Shown: positions 60,263 through 64,000 of the stretch, one piece after another
How the letters are laid out: the number at the start of each line of letters is the position of its first letter
Numbering within the stretch: position 1 is the first letter of the stretch
From: Candidatus Eiseniibacteriota bacterium
GTDB taxonomy: Bacteria > Eisenbacteria > RBG-16-71-46 > SZUA-252
Direction of reading: 5' to 3'
NCBI GenBank assembly: GCA_963703225.1
Contig: OY969801.1
Span: 2,240,001-2,304,000 of the forward strand
DNA: 64,000 bases
Position numbers and translations under genes: made by a program
Notes under the pieces: generated by a model
Seen by the model: the letters and a program-made list of their open reading frames with translations, nothing else
The model's database searches: none
What the model was told of the DNA's origin: nothing

Positions 60263-61423
60263 CTACGACGCGAGGGTGGAAGTTCCGTGACGGAGCTTCT
60301 CGACGGCACCCGGCAGGACCTCGAGGACGCGGTCGATTTCAGCTTCGGTCGTCGAGCGGCCGAGGCTGAAACGGACGGCGGATTGGGCGATGCCCGCCGG
60401 AACCCCCATCGCGAGGAGCACGTGCGAGGGGTGCGATGAGCCCGCCTTACACGCCGCGCCGCTCGAGACGGCCACCCCCTTCATGTCGAGGGTCAGGATC
60501 AGGTGCTCTCCCTCCGCGCCGACGAACGAGATGTGCGCCGTGTTGCAGACGCGAGGCGCCCCGGCGCCGTGGCGGACCACTTGCGGCACGCGGGCTTCGA
60601 TTCCGGTCTCGAGGCGGTCCCGAAGCGCGCCGACCCTCTTGGCCGTCGCGCCCAAATCCTCGGCCGCCAGCTCGCACGCGCGGCCCAGCCCCACGATCGC
60701 GGGCACGTTCTCGGTGCCGGCGCGCCGGCCCTTCTCGTGCTCTCCTCCCACCTGGAGCGGCGTCGGCCGAAAGCCGCGCTTGATGTAGAGGGCTCCCGCG
60801 CCCTTGGGCCCATAGAACTTGTGGCCGGTGATGGTCAAGAGGGTGGTCTGCCACGCCGCGACGTCAATCGGGAGCTTGCCCGCCGCCTGGACCGCATCGG
60901 AGTGGAAGGCGATCCCCTTGGCGGCGCAGATCGCGCCGATCTCGGCCATCGGCTGGATCACGCCCGTCTCGTTGTTCGCGGCCATCACCGTGACGAGAAT
61001 CGTCCGCGGCGTGAGCGCGGCTTCGATCGCTTGCGGGCTCACGCGCCCGTCGGGGCCGGCCGCGACACGGGAAACCTCGAAGCCTTCGTGTTCCAGAAGG
61101 TCCACGGCGTGACGCACCGCGTCGTGCTCGATCGCGCTCGTCACCACGTGGCGACCCTTGGCCTGGAGGGCGCGCGCCGCCCCGATCACGGCCAGATTGT
61201 CCGACTCGGTGCCCCCGCTCGTGAAGACGATCTCACCCGCCGTGGCGTGAAGGAGCGCCGCGACCCGGGCCCGGGCCTCCTCGACGGCCCCCCGGCCCTC
61301 CTGGCCGTAGGCATGCGCGCTCGAGGCGTTTCCGTAGTGAACGGAAAAATAGGGGTGCATGGCCTCGAGGACTTCCGGGCGGACGGGCGTGGAAGCGTTG
61401 TGATCGAGGTAGATGCGCGCCAT
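60263..61423 (-). CDS. iscS: Cysteine desulfurase (IscS/NifS class I)
   Basis: YLDHNAST, FTSGGTES, HSDAVQ, GHKFYGPKG, SSGAAC. Confidence 0.93.
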   Translation of the reverse strand: MARIYLDHNASTPVRPEVLEAMHPYFSVHYGNASSAHAYGQEGRGAVEEARARVAALLHATAGEIVFTSGGTESDNLAVIGAARALQAKGRHVVTSAIEHDAVRHAVDLLEHEGFEVSRVAAGPDGRVSPQAIEAALTPRTILVTVMAANNETGVIQPMAEIGAICAAKGIAFHSDAVQAAGKLPIDVAAWQTTLLTITGHKFYGPKGAGALYIKRGFRPTPLQVGGEHEKGRRAGTENVPAIVGLGRACELAAEDLGATAKRVGALRDRLETGIEARVPQVVRHGAGAPRVCNTAHISFVGAEGEHLILTLDMKGVAVSSGAACKAGSSHPSHVLLAMGVPAGIAQSAVRFSLGRSTTEAEIDRVLEVLPGAVEKLRHGTSTLAS

Positions 61424-61540
61424 GGAATCTCCGGTGGGTACGAAATCCACCCTCGGTGGACCGTGCAAGTCTAACAAAATCAAAGGGCCGGGGCAACGGC
61501 ACCCGGCCCATGGAAGACAGCGATCGTCGTCGATCGGGAT

Positions 61541-62410
61541 TTACTTGGTCTTCACCGAATCGCTGGGGGCGCTCGGCGCGGCCTCCTTCGGCGCCTCCTT
61601 TGCGGTCTCCGCCGTCTGACCCGCTGTTTCCTTGGTCTGAGTCTCCGCCGCCTTGGTCGTGGCAGCCGCCTTGTCGGTCGCCGGCTTGGCCGCAGGCGCA
61701 CTTGCCTTGGCGGCGGTCGCGGGCTTCTCCGCGGGGGCCTTGGCCATGGCCGCGCTTCGCGACATGATCTTCACGGTCTTGAGCGTGGTCCACTCGAGCG
61801 GCTTCGACTGCTCCCCGCCCATCATCGGATTCGGCCCGACGGGGGTCAGGGCAATCTCATTCAAGACGCTCATGCCGTCGATCAGGTGGCCGAACGCCGT
61901 GTACTTGCCATCGAGGAATGACGCCGGTCCGTGCATGATGAAGAACTGCGATCCGGCCGAGTTCGGGGTCCCGCTGTTCGCCATCGAGATGACGCCCGCG
62001 ACGTGCTTGTGGGAGTTGAACTCGTCCTTGATCTTGTAGCCGGGATCCCCCGTGCCGAGATCGGGGGCCTTTGGATTCTTCGATTTCGGATCTCCACCCT
62101 GGATCATGAAGCCCTTGATGATCCGGTGAAAGCCGGTGCCGTCGAAGTAATTTTGGCGCGCGAGCTTCTTGAAATTCGCGACCGTCTGGGGCGCTTCCTT
62201 ATCCCAGAATTCGATCACCATGCGTCCCTTGGTCGTCTCGAGCACCGCGACCTCGTCGACCGGAGTCGTCGCGGTCGTCTTGGCGGGCGTCGTTTCCTTC
62301 GCCGCCGGCGCCTTGGCCGCTGAGGCTGTATCCTCTCCCCAGGCGAACGAAGCCATCAGCATTCCCGTGGCGACGACCAGTCCCATCGTGCGAACAGGTG
62401 CGTGAAACAT
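61541..62410 (-). CDS. Cyclophilin-type peptidyl-prolyl isomerase, secreted, with Ala/Lys-rich tails
   Basis: FHRIIKGFMIQGGDP, SMAN, AGSQFFI, LDGKYTAFG. Confidence 0.93.
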   Translation of the reverse strand: MFHAPVRTMGLVVATGMLMASFAWGEDTASAAKAPAAKETTPAKTTATTPVDEVAVLETTKGRMVIEFWDKEAPQTVANFKKLARQNYFDGTGFHRIIKGFMIQGGDPKSKNPKAPDLGTGDPGYKIKDEFNSHKHVAGVISMANSGTPNSAGSQFFIMHGPASFLDGKYTAFGHLIDGMSVLNEIALTPVGPNPMMGGEQSKPLEWTTLKTVKIMSRSAAMAKAPAEKPATAAKASAPAAKPATDKAAATTKAAETQTKETAGQTAETAKEAPKEAAPSAPSDSVKTK

Positions 62411-62444
62411 CGATCCTCCTTGATTCGGGTATGTCCGATCCACG

Positions 62445-63764
62445 TCAATTCCCGCCTCGTTCCTTCGTCTTGAGAAGCCGGACGATGCGCCGCTGGCGTT
62501 CCAGCTCCCGTTTCGCCGGCTCCGCGTAGGCCGGATCGGTGAGGAGCGCTTCGAACACCGGAATCGCTTCCTCGTGACGGCCGAGTTTGTCCAGCGCCTG
62601 TGCCCAGCAATACCGGAGACACGCGCTGGCCGTGTCCCCCGCGAGCCCCTCACGCGCGACCTCGATCGCGCGCTGGTAGCGGTTGGACTCGTAGTAGGCG
62701 TTCGCCATGTTGCAGTAGACACCCTTGTAATTTTGCGGGTCCGCCCTGACCACCTCGCGATAGAGCTCCACCGCTCGATCCACCTTGTTCGATTTGGCGT
62801 ACGCCTGGGCCAGATAGTAGCGATCGACGGTGCCCAGGGAATCCCCGACCGCCTCGTAGTTCTTGATCGCGCCGGGATAGCGCTCGAGCTTGAAGTTGAC
62901 CCACGCGAGCTGCTTCTTGGCCGCGATGTCGAGCGGCGCCAATTGTAGGACCCGGTTGTACGCGGTCGCAGCCTCCGCGTAGAGCCCCCCGTGCACGGCG
63001 CACTCCGCGAGGCCCCGCGCCACCTCCACGTCCCTCGGAGCCAGCTCCACGGCCTTGTAGGCCGACGCCATCGCCTCGGGGGTCATCCCCTCCCGGGAGT
63101 AGGCCTCGCCCAGTCTACTGTAGGAGCGAGCCAGGACCGCGGGGCTTCCCTTGGAGAGCTGGACCGCTTCCATGCAAACGCTTTGCGCCTCGGCGTAGTC
63201 CCCAATCTCGATCAGGGAATGGGCCAGCGCCAGCCTCATGTCGACGTCCGCGGGCGCGAGCGCCACCGCCTGGCGGTAGGCCGTCGCGGCGCGTGGAAGG
63301 TCGCCGGTCGCGGCGTAGGCGTCCCCGAGCGCCCGGAACGCCGAGACCATCTGGGGAGAGACCCGGGTCGCGCGCTCCAGGTGCGGCAGAGCCTCGGAAT
63401 ACTGGCCGCGCGCCACCTCGACCTGACCGAGACCGGCGATCGCGTCGAGATTGTTCGCGTCGATCTCCAGCGCAAGCCGAAATTCATGCTCCGCGTCGTC
63501 GAGGAGGCCGCGCTTGAGGAGATCCGCGCCCGCCGCGATGTGACCCTTGATATCCACGTTGGGCGCCGCGCTGACCGAGGGTGCTCCAGCGCTCGTGTTC
63601 GGTGCGGCACTCGGCGGCGCGTGCGAAGAGCATCCCAGCGCCACACCGAGGACCATGAGGCACGCGGATCGAATCATTGCCGGTCGGAATGGCTCCCGCA
63701 TGAGTGGATGCCTCCCTGGATCGAGATCTCGGGTACCGGCGCCGCGCCGGGCGATCAAGCTCAA
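62445..63764 (-). CDS. TPR-repeat lipoprotein
   Basis: Lipobox-like ALGC and multiple TPRs; exact start uncertain. Confidence 0.85.
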   Translation of the reverse strand: MSLIARRGAGTRDLDPGRHPLMREPFRPAMIRSACLMVLGVALGCSSHAPPSAAPNTSAGAPSVSAAPNVDIKGHIAAGADLLKRGLLDDAEHEFRLALEIDANNLDAIAGLGQVEVARGQYSEALPHLERATRVSPQMVSAFRALGDAYAATGDLPRAATAYRQAVALAPADVDMRLALAHSLIEIGDYAEAQSVCMEAVQLSKGSPAVLARSYSRLGEAYSREGMTPEAMASAYKAVELAPRDVEVARGLAECAVHGGLYAEAATAYNRVLQLAPLDIAAKKQLAWVNFKLERYPGAIKNYEAVGDSLGTVDRYYLAQAYAKSNKVDRAVELYREVVRADPQNYKGVYCNMANAYYESNRYQRAIEVAREGLAGDTASACLRYCWAQALDKLGRHEEAIPVFEALLTDPAYAEPAKRELERQRRIVRLLKTKERGGN

Positions 63765-64000
63765 CGGCCCCCGGCCGGGGAGCCGGCGGGCTTGGGCGAC
63801 TTCTGTTGGTCGAGGAATTCTTGCAGAACTTGGATGCTGCTCCGCGCGCTCAGCGCGACGGTCGCGGTGGAGTCGATCGCGACGACCATGTTCCAGTAGC
63901 GGATGGCCTCGCGGTAGATTTGCGCGTCCGCAAACGCGACGCCCATGTTGTAGAGCGCCTCCTGGCTCTTCGGGTTGGCCTGGAGCGCCCTTCGGTACAT
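63761..64000 (-). CDS. TPR protein, C-terminal part (runs off the window)
   Basis: ALYNMGVAFADAQIYREAIRYW. Confidence 0.7.
   Translation of the reverse strand: MYRRALQANPKSQEALYNMGVAFADAQIYREAIRYWNMVVAIDSTATVALSARSSIQVLQEFLDQQKSPKPAGSPAGGR

Noticed and set aside
59138..61423. iscS-mnmA pairing as a novel system
   Set aside because: Well-known tRNA 2-thiolation arrangement

Overview
High-GC bacterial chromosomal window. An FG-GAP protein with an FlgD-like tail and a PorV-like gene suggest an FCB-group or Ca. Eisenbacteria-like host (inference only). Several conserved genes carry +1 indels that look like long-read errors. About 2.9-21 kb is an accessory zone built around tRNA-Ser(TGA) at 11356-11443 (-). 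The tRNA is flanked by a displaced 3' half (3812-3870) and a displaced 5' half (13958-13996), which bound an integrase-less defence-like island (DUF3800, Mrr-like nuclease, FRG, hypotheticals) and an FG-GAP gene. A DHFR-family gene sits between 52-bp direct repeats, and 11-bp-period tandem motifs resembling integrase arm sites recur at these junctions. Core-like content: CDF transporter, a protamine-like R/K-rich protein, korAB plus a GltD-like reductase, M13 peptidase, an ECF sigma/anti-sigma/TonB cluster, PPK2, a Trp to anthranilate to 2-aminobenzoyl-CoA catabolic cluster, GT2 plus TMTC-like glycosyltransferases, ada, yyaL, mnmA, iscS, cyclophilin and TPR proteins. Best candidates for new biology: (1) a coupled chorismate mutase/DAHP synthase - cmoA - ICMT/LmtA-like operon without cmoB, possibly a carboxy-SAM-dependent membrane carboxymethylation; (2) a creatininase-family enzyme where kynB is missing; (3) two-sided, integrase-less gene accretion at a tRNA.
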